From Chrysemys picta bellii (taxonomy: Eukaryota), in NCBI RefSeq assembly GCF_011386835.1, contig NW_027052824.1, positions 1 to 64,000 on the forward strand: a stretch of 64,000 bases of DNA. Reading direction: 5' to 3'. A program made the translations under genes and the position numbers. Shown piece by piece: positions 47,415 to 59,869 of this stretch (position 1 is the stretch's first letter; each line of letters opens with the position of its first letter). The notes beneath the pieces were generated by a model that worked only from the letters and a program-made list of their open reading frames with translations, was not told the DNA's origin and did not search any database.

Positions 47415-50290
47415 TCACCGGGGGCCACTGACGTTAAACCCTGTGTGACAAAAGGGGGAAAGGACATCTCATTAATCAAGAGTGCTCTGTCCCAGTTAGG
47501 CTGAACTCAGCATTGCGGATTTCCACAGTCTGAGAAGTTCCTCATATCTAATGTGTTATTACGCCATGACCAAGCACAGCTCTCTCAGTTGCTGAGTTCC
47601 CTCTCTCTGACCATCCCCTGACCTCTTTCAGTGTCACCCATCAAACCCCACACACCCTGTCTCTTGGCCTTTCCGTGACTTCCAGACCACCGGAAGATAC
47701 TGCAGTTTTCTGACAGAAGTTGTGTTTCCATTAGTCCCTGTCTGAAGAGGATTCTCGTTCAGGTTGACAAACTGAAGCTACACGTTTAGATAGCCAAAGA
47801 CAAAGCAAGAAACTACAGTGCTGAAATTTTGTATTATATATACAGTGATCCGGTGTACAAAATTTACCTGATTTTTCTACTTCCAATTCTTCAGTAAGCT
47901 TGGAGGATAAAACAAATATTTCAGTTGGAAAGTGTAATACAGGAAAGTTTCTGCAGGAATTGAGAACATTCTACTAGAGCTTGTTGGTGAGAGTTGTGAA
48001 ACAGTTTGTTTTAGAGAACTGGACAGCTGTGTTAAACTATGATATCGCCTTTGAGTCATATTACTTACTGCTTTGCACAGTCAAATTTGGAGTCGCTTTC
48101 AGCCAGTCCTTTCAAAACACACACTAACCGTTCCCGTTGTCGAAGATGTCAAGAGTAGGTGTTGAGATTTCATGTTGGAGTTTCTGAAACAGGTGAAACA
48201 GGGATTATCACCAAGCATCCAGGTGATTGAATCACATGCACTACTAAGTCCTTCTACTGCACTCAGCCCTGCATGAGCTAGATTGGCTAATATCTCATTT
48301 TTGCCATTGGTTTGTGCATACCTTGGATAATTGGAGCAGCAGGGGAGAGTTTTGCCAATGGTTCACTGGCCGCATACTCAGGACAACGAAGTTGAGTAGT
48401 TTTGGGTTGAAGTTGTCAAACACAGGGATGCCGCTGGGGACAAAGGCTTTATTGAACTTGTCTTGTTTGCTCTTTCGTTGCTTTTCCTACCCTTTTGCAA
48501 CACTGCAGTTGAAAGACTGTTTCTCAGATGAACTTGATAAAACCAAAACTGCATAAGAAGATGCAAGAGAAACGTTTAGAAAACATTCTTCATGTTAGGT
48601 GTATATGCAACGACACAAATTCTCTTGGGAACTGTTTTCACCAACAAAATTAACGATTGCACTGGTTTCTGCTGATGTATGATCAGCAGCAGAGGCATTC
48701 TATTTCTGATGAAGATAGAGAGGATCAAATGTTGTCTTTTAGATTCAACACAAAATATGGACATTGACTACCATCATTGAATGCCATTAGAATAAATATC
48801 ATAATAATTGTATTGTTGTTTTTATACTCCACTTTTTTGGGGCTATTTTAGCACTGTCATTCTCTGTGGTTGTTTGAAACATTTGCCAACCCCTAGTCAG
48901 GATACTAGTACCAGTACTATAGTAGGGAGCTGTGGGGACAGAGACAGGATAGTGGACGCCGGCCGTGCCGGCAGTTGAGCACAACGAGCAGCTGGTGAGA
49001 GCAAGGTGGGGCCATGGGCAGAGGACCCATCACAGGGAGACGTCACCAGACAAGAGGGCCTTGAAGGCTGGACTCAGAAGGGGGGGACGTGAATCTGATA
49101 GGAGGGCAGATGCTGGGGAGAAGGGTCCTGCCACCTAGACCCTGAGGGTGTGTGGCCACTGCCAGAGCAGGTGTCTTACCTGTATCATAACAGAGCGGCC
49201 AGTGCCTGGGCAGGAGACCTGGAATGTGTGAAGAACAGACTGCGATCTTTCCTTATATCCCATAAACAGCTGTTTGTGATGTTCCTGTGCCCACTGAGCG
49301 GGGTCCCTTGTTTCCTTGAACCTTTCCCATTTTTTCCTTATTTTTCTTACAGTTGCTGTTTAATAAATTATATTTGGTTTGAACTTAATGTAATGATCAG
49401 TGGGTCAGGGAAGTGTCTGGTGTGAAGAGAGTACCCCGGAGTGGGGACACCCTAGCACCTGTCCTAAGTGACCACAATGAGACTGGGGGTTCAGCCTCCC
49501 AGGAATCCTGGACCCAGCTGTGTCACCATTATGAGGACTCTGCCACACAGGCGAGTGGAAGGGGAGTCCTTGAGGTCAGGCAGGCCTCTGGGTAAAGGAG
49601 TGGGGACTCAGACCGTTTTACTAGCCAGTTCCCCTGAGGTAATGTAGAAGCCAGGAAAGTTCTTCACAATAGTTCTGTTGACCCTGAATTTATGGGCTAG
49701 TTTATTACGACTTGTCAATGATCTGACCAGAAGATATTTAGGTTCTTGTCCCAATCCAGGCCACAGGGTTAGAGAACACAGAGATTTCAACGTCATGAGA
49801 GGACTCTCAGATTGTGTGGCAGATATACTGAGGACAATACCAAATTGTTAAGATCTTTATTAAAATGAATAAAAGAATAATAAACAATATAAAACACAGT
49901 GTCACAAAGAAGTAATACAATTCTATGACCCCTGGTGGTACCATCTCTATTCTAAAAGACTACTTAAACTTGCATACTCACACTCTTCCAAGAAGACCTG
50001 GTAGTGCGAGACAAAGGACCAGCCTAGTCTCTGGCATGCCTGATGAATTTGATGGTCCAGGCTTCCCAAGTTGGTAGGGATTAGGTTTGAGTGTTGAGCA
50101 GCTAAGCTGTATTGCAAAGCTGAGCTGACAGAAGATAGGAAAGAGCCACCCTCCTGCATGATTGTTTACCCTCTTATAGGGTCCTGGCATTACCACAATC
50201 AGGGCCCAGCCTACCATGCCCAAATCTTATTTCCTTACCCAGATAAATCTTCGGGTACACTTACTCTATAGATTAACATATTACAACATA

Positions 50291-50484
50291 TACACCTCTC
50301 CCCGATATAACGCTGTCCTCGGGAGCTAAAAAAACTTACCGCGTTATAGGTAAAACTGCATTATATCGAACTTGCTTTGATCCACCGGAGTGCGCAGACC
50401 CCACCCCCACCCTGGAGTGCTGCTTTACCGCGTTATATCTGAATTTGTGTTATATCAGGTTACATTATATCGGGGTAGAGGTAT
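50291..50484. mobile_element. Tc1/mariner (Tigger/pogo-like) MITE
   Basis: Inverted ends TACACCTCT..CCGATATAAC / TTATATCGGGGTAGAGGTATA in TA context. Confidence 0.7.
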
Positions 50485-51249
50485 ATTCATACATAGTAAT
50501 ATCGATTATCTCATCCCCAAAACCGTTACCCTTGTCCTAATTTATGACTTCCATGTACTGTGGTGTACCCTGCAGTTACTGGTCTGTTCCAGACTTATGG
50601 TAAACATATTCAATTCTTTGTTCGCTTCCCTATTCAGTTCCCCAAATTTAAGAGGGGCAACTGGTAGGCCATTTATCTATGCCAAAGGTTACAAACCCTT
50701 ATACTGACTTCCTCTAGATAATCATACAGGATACAGGCCTGCAGGTTCATTGCGTTACAGCCAACTATTATGAATAACTATTATGAATAACATATACTGG
50801 AATTCAGCATAAACAAACCCCAAGAAAATAATATAATCAATCAAACCAAAAACACATTGTAGCAAGCTAGCAAACTGGCCTTATTGGCTACAGTTCCCCA
50901 CTTAACTTAGGGAACTGGGACAAACCGATGGGTGGGATTTCAGTGACATTTAAAGAGATGTGTAACTTGTGAAATCTTCATATAAATGATAAAAGCTGAA
51001 ATGTGTAACTTTGGGGAGCACACTTTCTGAGTAAGGGGAATGCAACATCACTGCACAAGACAGCTTCCAAAAAGCTGGTATCATATGCACCTTTTTCTTG
51101 TATTATTTTATTATGGGGTTAGAGAAGTAAACCTGATATTATTGATTTGGCCTCTTGAACATATTTCATTACAAATGAAAGCTTGGTCAAGCAATTGACT
51201 ACACAATTGATCAACAACCAGTATGAATCCCTCCTTCCTCTCAGATTCA

Positions 51250-51595
51250 GAGTTTAGACACAATGAAGGCACCCACGGAAATAATTCTCCTGAGCAAAAG
51301 TGCTGTTGAAGTTTATGAGCCTTCAGCATTAAAGAAATTAATGGAAAATTTTAGTTTTGTTTTTATTATTGTGCTCCAAAGCAAGATTCTGGACATGGGA
51401 AATGCTGTTTCAAAACTGCTACAATCCAAAGACACAGACCTGTTCAAAGCAGCAGGATTACTTCCCAATGTCACTGAACTTGCAGCTACATTTCAAATAG
51501 AGTTCAAAGAAGCCAAATGTTCAGCAAGTAAATTATCAGGAAAATGGGGCAGACAAATCAAGTCTGAGGAAAAGTGCTTGAGAAAGGCAGAAAGG
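51250..51595 (+). mobile_element. hAT transposase fragment (ZMYM1-like type)
   Basis: ORF 51263..51688: MENFSFVFIIVLQSKILDMGNAVSKLLQSKDTDLFKAAGLL resembles the helical region of hAT transposases. Recognition is from memory. Confidence 0.55.
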
Positions 51596-52744
51596 CAGGG
51601 GAGCTGCTCGTTTTGTGGCAGACCAGCGAGGAAAGCAACCATCAGCTCCAAGGGAGATGAGCTGAGGGAAGGCAGAATTTCTCCCTGAACAACTGCCCAA
51701 AAGAGTGAAATGGAGGGGCCGATGGCCTGTGAGGGGCAGGACAAATGGCAGCCCCTTTTGTCCCCTCAGGGCAGGGGATATGGAGGGGATGATGGTGTGC
51801 AAAGGGCTGGGGGATGGAGCTGATGATAAGTTGAGGGGAGCTGGTCATGGGGACCTGGAGGAAAGATACAGTGCCGGGAGGAGTTGGAGTCAGGACAAGG
51901 AAGACGTAGAAGAGGCCAGGAGTAGGAGAATTGGTGGCCGGAATGGAACCATGCAGGAAAATGACAACACAAAGGAGGACAGGGGACTGCAGGGCAGAAC
52001 CGAGGGGCTGGGAGTGCAGGATGAAGTCCTTGGGGCCTGGAGTGGGGAAATGGGTGACAAGGTGAGGAGGGGCTCCTGTGGGGAGGAATGGCATTGATGA
52101 GGAGAGAGGATTACTGGGATGGAGAAGGGGCTGCTTAATGCTCATGGTTGGAGGGGGGCTTGATGGACTATGGAGGAGAATGGATGGATGTGCGGTTTGC
52201 ATTGTGGGTTCCTAGGGGGATGTATGTTGTGGCTGCACAATACCTCGGGGGCTGTGGGAGATTCCCTGGAACTGTGGGGAGATCTGGCTGCTTTGTTTAA
52301 ATTGCACAATACAATAAATTGTTTCAAATCCAGTTAATGGAAAGATTACAAGTTCACCCACCCATGTGCCGTACGGTACACACTTGGTGGTGTCGATCCA
52401 CAATAGTACGTGTGGAATTTTGGCTCGTTAAAGCACAGGCATCTCCAGGTCTGTCAGTCTGGCACCTTTCACAAGAACTAACTTCTCTTTGAGGAAAAAA
52501 AAATCAGGGTCAAATCCTGACCGAGAGCACGTAAGTGCCAGTCTCCTGACTCACATAGTTACATCATTTAAACCAGCTCTGGGATGGACGATTGCTGAAT
52601 ATTGCGAAATATCTTGTGAATTGGGTTACCCCTTAATCTCGGAAGCTGCACCAGTCGGTGCAGAAATACTTCAAATCATTTACCTTTTAGGTATTTTCCA
52701 TTTCTGCTGGTTGAGCTAAAACGTGTAACAATGAGATCAACGGT

Positions 52745-52920
52745 GATTCCCAATTGATTAACTGATCCTCAAGGGCTTTTACCCGCTGCGCTATAAATAC
52801 TTCCACACTGCGTGTCTGACAGAAAGAGGGAATGTTTCTGAGCAGAGCGTTTAAGCTCTACTTACTCAGGAGTAAATGCTGAACACTCTCCAGCCTCTAT
52901 TTTAGTGGCTTTGGTAAGTG
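52745..52920 (+). promoter_or_regulatory. Candidate promoter and non-coding exon for the 54655 OR
   Basis: CAATTGATTA (homeodomain-type), CCTCAAGGG (YYYCARRRR O/E-type), TATAAAT at 52792 and donor G|GTAAGT at 52914. A candidate acceptor TTTTTAATTGTAG ends at 54611. Confidence 0.45.
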
Positions 52921-54194
52921 CGCTGATCATATTGTATCTATTTCATTTATTTTAATGGGCAGTCTCAACTGCTTGAAATGTTTAATCTGTAAACAATGAG
53001 AATTGCAAATTTTTATTATCAGCGTCATTATTAGTTATTTTATAGAAGACCCAAAGCCCTAGGAGGACGGGTCCCTGCCTTGTGGTGCTTGCAATCTGAG
53101 AGGCCAGTGGTGCAAACATTACCCATGTCGCGTGGAATTTTCCATGAGTGAAGAACACAAAACCTAGTGTAAGCCAGCTTGTGTTTTTAACTCCCTGTGG
53201 CACTTTTTTGTAAGTATCATTGACTTGCCTGGGGCTGTGTACGGTAACAAGGAACCTAGGAATGGCCATACCACATCCAAACTGAGGTCTATTTAGACCC
53301 ATAACTTGACTTGACAGACACTTAACAGCAAGGGGTGCAATTAGCCCTGGAGTGGCAAATACTGACTAACCTGCCTGTAGTTTCTAGCTAAAGGGAGAGT
53401 GTGCTGTAACCTCTGAAAGGGTGACTTGCACTTCGTGCAGCTTCCGGAGGCATGGTGCTTGCTTGGAATATAACACCTCCCGGAGTGTCTGCTAGGATAC
53501 CATACGTGGGAAAATCAAACTCTTTGTCTTTGCTCCAACAAAACTTAACTTCAATGAGGGTTTTGCTGGGTAAGGGCCAGTTGAGCCAGTTGATGTCCCT
53601 AGGAGTCCTGCACATAACTGAGGATAGGGTTTTTCACAGTAAACTTTGCACATGGCAAAAATCCAGGTTGAGGAATGCTGGCTCTCTGCACGGAGTGGAT
53701 CTCACCCAGTGTGAGCAAAGGAGACATCTAGAATGAAGACAGTACACAGCTAACATTCACAGTCTTCAGCTGCTCCTTTTCTTTTGGTCCCCTTCCCCTC
53801 CAATACTAACATAATGTACAACAGTAGGGGCAGGCTGGCGTTTATAGCTAAAACACAGCAGAGCTGGATTTTGTTCCCTGTTCTGCCACAGCCTCCTTGT
53901 GTGTCTTTGGACACTCACTGTCAGTCATCACTGAGTAGTTTGTATGAACACTTCTCAGCCCATGGGCCATTCACAAAACATATAATTTTTCTCCTGTCAA
54001 ATACGTAAACCATTTACTTTTTTATGGTGGACCCAAGCTAAACAGTTGAGATCTGGATCCAGACTGAAACCTTGTTCCAAAATGCACGGGTGTTCTGATC
54101 CAATGTTTTGGTTCAGGTCCACTCTGCTTTTCTTATGTGCCATTTAATAATGAGTTCATACAAGTCTTCATATGCCAAGCTCCATCTAGGGGAG

Positions 54195-54460
54195 AGGGTG
54201 TGGTCCAGTCTAATGAAGGGGCACTCATCTGAGAGCTGGGAGACCTGAGTTCTGTCACTGATCTCCTGTGTGGCCTTGCACAAGTTGCTTACCTGTTCTG
54301 TGCTTTAGTTTCCCCCTCAGTTAAATGAGGATCTACATCCTCCTTTCTCTGAGTGTCAATGGGCTTTGAATCAGACCCATTGATACTTGTGCTCTTTTGT
54401 AAATCACTTTGAGATTTATGAATGCAAAGCTCTATATAAGAACAGGATATTATTAGTAAT
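54195..54460 (+). mobile_element. MIR/CORE-like SINE
   Basis: GGAGACCTGAGTTCT...TGTGTGGCCTTGCACAAGT...AGTTTCCCC core with a GTAAATCACTTTGAGAT tail. Confidence 0.6.
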
Positions 54461-54654
54461 GGAATTTTATAACTGAGATGGGGATCTGTGAGTACCACAA
54501 GGGTTTTTAATCAAAGTACTGACTCCAACCTGTCTGAAGAGCAGTGGCAGGATGGGCCATATTTTCTGTCATGGTGTCACGTATTTTTAATAATGTTGTT
54601 TTTAATTGTAGGGAATGTGGTTTAATAAACTGATCAGAACCTCCCCAGTGCATC

Positions 54655-55619
54655 ATGCCAACCTGCAATGAAACCAACATGAGTAATGCAACATTCCTCC
54701 TGGCAGGCATCCCAGGGCTGGAAGCTGATGGTCCCTGGATCTCCATCCCCTTCTGTTCCATGTACCTCATTGCAATTTTAGGAAACGGTCTGATTCTGTT
54801 TGTGATAAAGACACAGCAGAATCTCCATGAGCCCATGTACTTGTTCCTTTCTATGTTATCTGTCACTGACCTTGGCTTGTCTGTTTCCACCTTGCCAACA
54901 ACGTTCAGCATCTTCTTGTTTAACACCAGAGAAATTGGCATTGATGTCTGCCTGGCCCAACTTTTCTCTATTCACACTTTCTCCGTCATGGAATCCTCTG
55001 TACTATTAGCTATGGCATTTGATCGTTTTGTTGCAATACGCTACCCGCTGAGATATACTTCGACTTTAACCAGTGCAAGGATAGGAAACATAGGGCTGGC
55101 GATAATAATCAGGAGTAGTGGTCTGCATATCCCATCTGTCATTCTTCTCAAGAGGTTGCCCTACAGCAAGATCCAACCTCTCTCTCATTCATATTGTTTG
55201 TATCCAGATGTGATGAAAATGGCCTGTGCAGATACTACGCCCAGCAGCTTCTATGGTTTGTTTGTTGTCCTTTCTTCTCTGGGTTTAGACTCAGTGCTCA
55301 TTGTCTTGTCTTACATCATGATCCTTCAGACCGTACTGAGTATCACATCCTGGCAAGAGCGTCTCAAGGCTCTGAACACCTGTGTCTCCCACATCTGTGT
55401 CACCCTGCTTTTCTACACCCCGCTGATCAGTTTGTCTATGATTAACAGGTTCGAGAAAAAGGCTCTTCCTCAGAGTCAAATTCTTCTGTCTTATCTCCAC
55501 CTCCTCCTCCCCCAGTGCTCAATCCCATTGCATACAGCATAAAAACCAAAGAGATTCGTAAACGAATCATGAAGATCTTTCAAAACTATTCCACTAACAG
55601 ACTCCAATGGGGGCACTGA
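54655..55619 (+). pseudogene. Class I olfactory receptor, family 51-like, with a 1-nt frameshift in TM7 (recent pseudogene or sequence error)
   Basis: LHEPMY, MAFDRFVAIRYPLRY, KMACAD and KALNTCVSH are in one frame. After the C run at 55509-55513 the expected VLNPIAYSIKTKEIR continues in another frame to TGA at 55617-55619. Confidence 0.88.
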
Positions 55620-56212
55620 TTTGGTCTGTCTAGTCTGTCTATCTAGGAGCCAATATGGCCCATGGTGTCCAAGTGCATCTGTCACGCTGAACCAGCGAGG
55701 ATTAAGCAACCAGCAGGCTGGTTGAACTAAAAGCAACTTTAAAGACATATTAAAAAAATATTGAAATGGTAAACAGGGCCATTCCTTGTAGATAGCTAGC
55801 AAAGCCATGGTAAATAAATTAGAGTTCTTGAAATATAGGCCTGTATTGTTAGAGAATCAGAAGTAGATACTAATTGTATTTGTCTGGGTTTACCTATATC
55901 TTATTAGAAGTTCAACAATGTGACCAAATTAGCTTGTAGATGCTAAATTTCAGTTCCTATAAGTAATGTTTCATTACTTATTGTCTTGATTCAGAGGTCA
56001 AAAGGGGATATAAACATTTAGATGAAACTTATGGTGTAATAATATCATTGTTTTTATTTCTCTTTGAAGTTTGTAATAAACTACCTGTGAATCTCTTCAA
56101 TGATTAATTGCCTTATGCTAAAAATGCTAATAGTTATCAATGTATACATAGGAAATAGAGATTTATTTCAAAGCAACAATGCACATTACCTATTCTTCAT
56201 CTAAGGAAGGCC

Positions 56213-56910
56213 TGTTGTGATCATTTGTGGACAAGAGGCTAATCTGCTGAACTTCAGTTATAAAGGGACTTTGGGGCCTGATCCTTGCTATCTCAGATCT
56301 GCTTAAACTTTGTCAGGGGAAATTCAAGAGACAAGATGGAGGACTTCTGCATTAGCCCTGCAATTCTTATGGAAGAATGTGAAAAAAACTCTGCATATGG
56401 ACTGCCTATTGGACTATGACTTTTTCCATGAATTCCAGAAGGATTTCAACAAATCGGCAGCCTCACCATTTCTGCTTTGAAACTGGCATATGAACTGGAC
56501 TCATATGTGTATGTATAATGATCTTTTAACACAGTAACTCTCTTCCTTTTCTTTTTAAATAAATCTTAGATTAGTTAATAAGAATTGGCTGTAAGTTTTC
56601 ATTTGACCTGGTGTGTAATGTGTCCAATCTCTTGAGAGTGGTAGAACTTACAGATGGTGAATGAGATTTTAAATAACCCTCACTAGATGGACTTGGCTGT
56701 CTTGGTGGGAACCAAAGGCTAGATTGATTAAAGAGAACTATATTTTGACTTCTTGGTATCCAATAAGGTATTATAGAAGCTGTTTGGTTACTGTTTTGGT
56801 GAATCATTTATAAGAATAAGCCATCAGTTTGGGGAATTGTCTGCCCTGTTCCTTGCAGTTTGCCCTAATTGAGCATTCTCAGTATATCCCCTCCAGCGAC
56901 AATGGTCACA
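56213..56910 (+). mobile_element. ERV-like LTR remnant
   Basis: LTR-like composition ending GGTCACA. No clean TSD, so the boundaries are uncertain. Confidence 0.4.
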
Positions 56911-57654
56911 GCCCCCGAAAAGTAAATATTGTATTGTTCGCCCCAAAAAATCCCAGTTAGCAAAACTGCAGTCCTGTACCCTTAAAGCTTCTCGTTCATG
57001 AATAAAGTGTATCCTGTTTTGTACAGGGAATTAAGTTGTTCAGTGGAATACATATAAGGAAGAAAGAGTTTTAAGGGAGGAAGACTACATGCATTCATTC
57101 CTAAACTACTTAGCAGGTTGACTTGTAAATTCTCTGAAAACTCATTCTGCACTCAGATAGTAAGTGTTGCAGTGTTGGCTGAGGCTACACCATATTTTTC
57201 ATAGATACAGAGGTTGAATCCTTGCTCTAAGAGAAAAACTTGACTCAGCTTTAACTATGGCTTCACTATTGATGCCACCATAATAAAATATAATTTTTCA
57301 GCATTTTTACCTTGCTCTTAATTGTAAATAATTGTTATTAATATTTACTTATTTGTTGAAATCCTTCCTTAATATGTCTTTTATTAATGAAATCTGCATA
57401 CCATGAAGCCTTCTGTTAATGTGTTCCGCACAAGCAGGTCACAGATCTTCCATTCTCAGGCTGGAAATTCTCTTCAACCTGGGACCACCTCCCCAGTTCA
57501 GTCTTTGTTCTCTAGATATGTTTCCAGGTGTTGAGTTGTGAGGGGAGTGAAGACAAAGAGATGATGTCACTTCCCCCTTTTATAACTTCTTCTAACTTGC
57601 TGAAAAGATTCTTTGCTATGCGGTGAGTCAGCCTCCATTGTGTACGTGCTATCT

Positions 57655-58230
57655 CTGACCAGGTGTCCAATTTTTTACCAGAACGCCTGGTCGAAAAGGG
57701 ATACTGGTGGCTCCGGTCAGCACCGCCGACTGGGCCGTTGACTGTCCGGTTGGCGGTGCCGCACAGGAGTGCTGGCAGGCTCCCTGCTAGCCTCCATGCT
57801 GCGCGACTCCCGAAAACAGTGGCATGTCCCGTCTCCAGCTCCTATGCGTAAGGGCAGCCAGGAGCTCCGCATGCTACCCCCACCCCAAGCGAACCGCAGC
57901 CAATGGGAGCTGCAGAGGTGGTGTCTGCGGATGGGGCAGCGCGCACAGCTGCCTGGTTGCACCTCCATGTAGGAGCCAGCAAAGGGACATGCTGCTGCTT
58001 CCTGTAGCCACCTGAGGTAAGCGTCTCCCAGAGCCTGCACCCCTCACCCCTGAACCGCTCAGACCCAGCCTGGATCATGCTCCTACACCCCAAACTCCTC
58101 ATCCCCAGCCTCACCCCAGAGTCTGCACCCAGTCAGACCCCTAACCCCGCCCACATACCCCAACTCCCTGCCCCAGCCTGGAGCACCCACCCGCACAGTG
58201 AACCCCTCATTTCTGGCTGCACTTCCCTAT
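57655..58230. mobile_element. GC-rich hAT-type non-autonomous element (partial)
   Basis: Starts TGACCAGGTGTCC. Internal GCAGCCAATGGGAGCTG and CCTGCACCCC repeats are shared with 21300-22083. Confidence 0.5.
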
Positions 58231-58579
58231 ACATCAGTTCCTATACAGTTCCTATAAGAAACATCTTTATTCTTTACCCCTACTCCAAGCCCCTTCCCAA
58301 TTTTTCCATGTTGCTTCTTTCCAGCAGTTTCCCCACTGCCTTCCCTCCCTGGCGACTTGGGCAGATTCTCTCATGGATTTCCCTGCTTCTTATAGGCACT
58401 GTCTCTGGGTACACTAACCTGACCTGCTCCTTGTGGTTCACTCCAGCCTGCCTTCTCCCAGCCCTTCCCAGAGTGAAGGAGTTCCTCTTACTTCTCACGA
58501 CTGGGTCAGCTGCCTGAGTTCTCTTGTCTCCCTGTGTAGTCCTCTCGGACCGCTCACAGCTGAGATCACTAATTGTAAT

Positions 58580-59793
58580 TAAGGCTAAGATTTGGTCATG
58601 GTTATTTTTAGTAAAAGTCATGGACGGATCACGGGCAACAACAAAAAAATGTACGGAAGCCGGTTACCTGTCCCTGACTTTCACTAAAAGTAACTGTGAC
58701 AAAATGGGGCTGAGCCCAAGCCCTGCTGCAGGCGGGGAGGGATGGGGGTCCAGCACCTGTGTCCCCAAGCAGCCAGCACACACACAGTCTCTGTGTCTCA
58801 CACACACACACACACAGTCTCTGTGTGTCTCTCATACACACACACACACACATACAGTTTCTGTGTCTCACACACACAGAGTCTGTCTCACACGCAGGCT
58901 GTGTGTCACACACACACACACTGTCTCTGTGTCACACACACACAGTCTCTGTGTGTCTCACAGACACACACACTCAGTCTCTGTCTCTGTCTCTTTCTCT
59001 CTCTCTCACACACACACACACTTTCTGTGTCACACCCCTCCCAACACTGGTGTTGTTGTTACTTCTTGGGACTTCCTGCAATGCACATATATTCTCTGTA
59101 ATTTTATTCTTTCAAAGTGTGTTATTTTAGTTTTTTTATTGGTCTATGCATTTCATAATTTTTATTTCTCTCTTACACTTAAATTTAATTATTTCAGTAG
59201 CGAGTTCGAAAATGCCTAACTTGTCCTGGCTGGAGTAATTATCCCTACTGGTAACTTTTAAAAAAATATATTATATCTAGGTTTTATGTTTCTACTGGTG
59301 GTGCACATCTGCACCTTACCTTGGTGCATATAACAAAATTTATTCCACACATGGGTGGAAAAAATTAGAGGGAACATTGTCCAGCACCCACTTCCATTAC
59401 GGCTGACAGCTCCAGGGTCCCTGGTAGCTGGTAGCTCCAGGGTCCCCCAGAGTCTGTGGCTGCTCAGATCTATGGGGATCACCTCCCTGCTGTTGTGGCT
59501 CCGAACTCCAGGGCCGGTGGCTAAGCTCTCTGGGGCCTCCTACAGTGGCTGAGAGCCTCTGGGTCTAGCATCTCAGAGCTCTGGGTCCCCCTACTGCCGC
59601 AGAAGCTCAGAGCTCCAGGTCCCCCCATGGCAGCTTAGAGCTGTGGGCTCCCATTGTCTGTGATGCCTCAGAGCTCCAGGGCCCCCACCGGCTGACAGTT
59701 CCAGCCCCGCCACCCTGGGCCTGAAGCAGAAAATGTCATGGAGGTCATGGAAGTCATGGATTCCATGACTTCTGTGACATAATCTTCACCTTC
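58580..59793. mobile_element. hAT-type non-autonomous element containing part of a second hAT element (ending at 59379)
   Basis: TIR TAAGGCTAAGATT / AATCTTCACCTTC and 8-bp TSD ATTGTAAT / ATTATAAT. The nested terminus is AAAAATTAGAGGGAACATTG. Confidence 0.75.
58778..59035. repeat. Compound (CA)n/(TC)n/(TG)n microsatellite
   Basis: Repeated CACACACACAGTCTCTGTGT units. Confidence 0.95.
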
Positions 59794-59869
59794 ATTATAA
59801 TTAAGTTGTCAGATCAGGACCAGCTGATAAATAAAGAGAAGGGACGTGGATGTTGGTTCCCTTGCACGT

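Noticed and set aside
48060-48800. Minus-strand frames with a faint resemblance to hAT/CGGBP1-type proteins (FNKAFVPSGIP)
   Set aside because: The similarity is too weak to assert by eye and the frames contain stops. It needs a BLASTx search.
51630-52440. Purine-rich ORFs (51642..52202, 51705..52097) as a possible gene or LINE ORF1
   Set aside because: Low-complexity composition and no motif I can identify.
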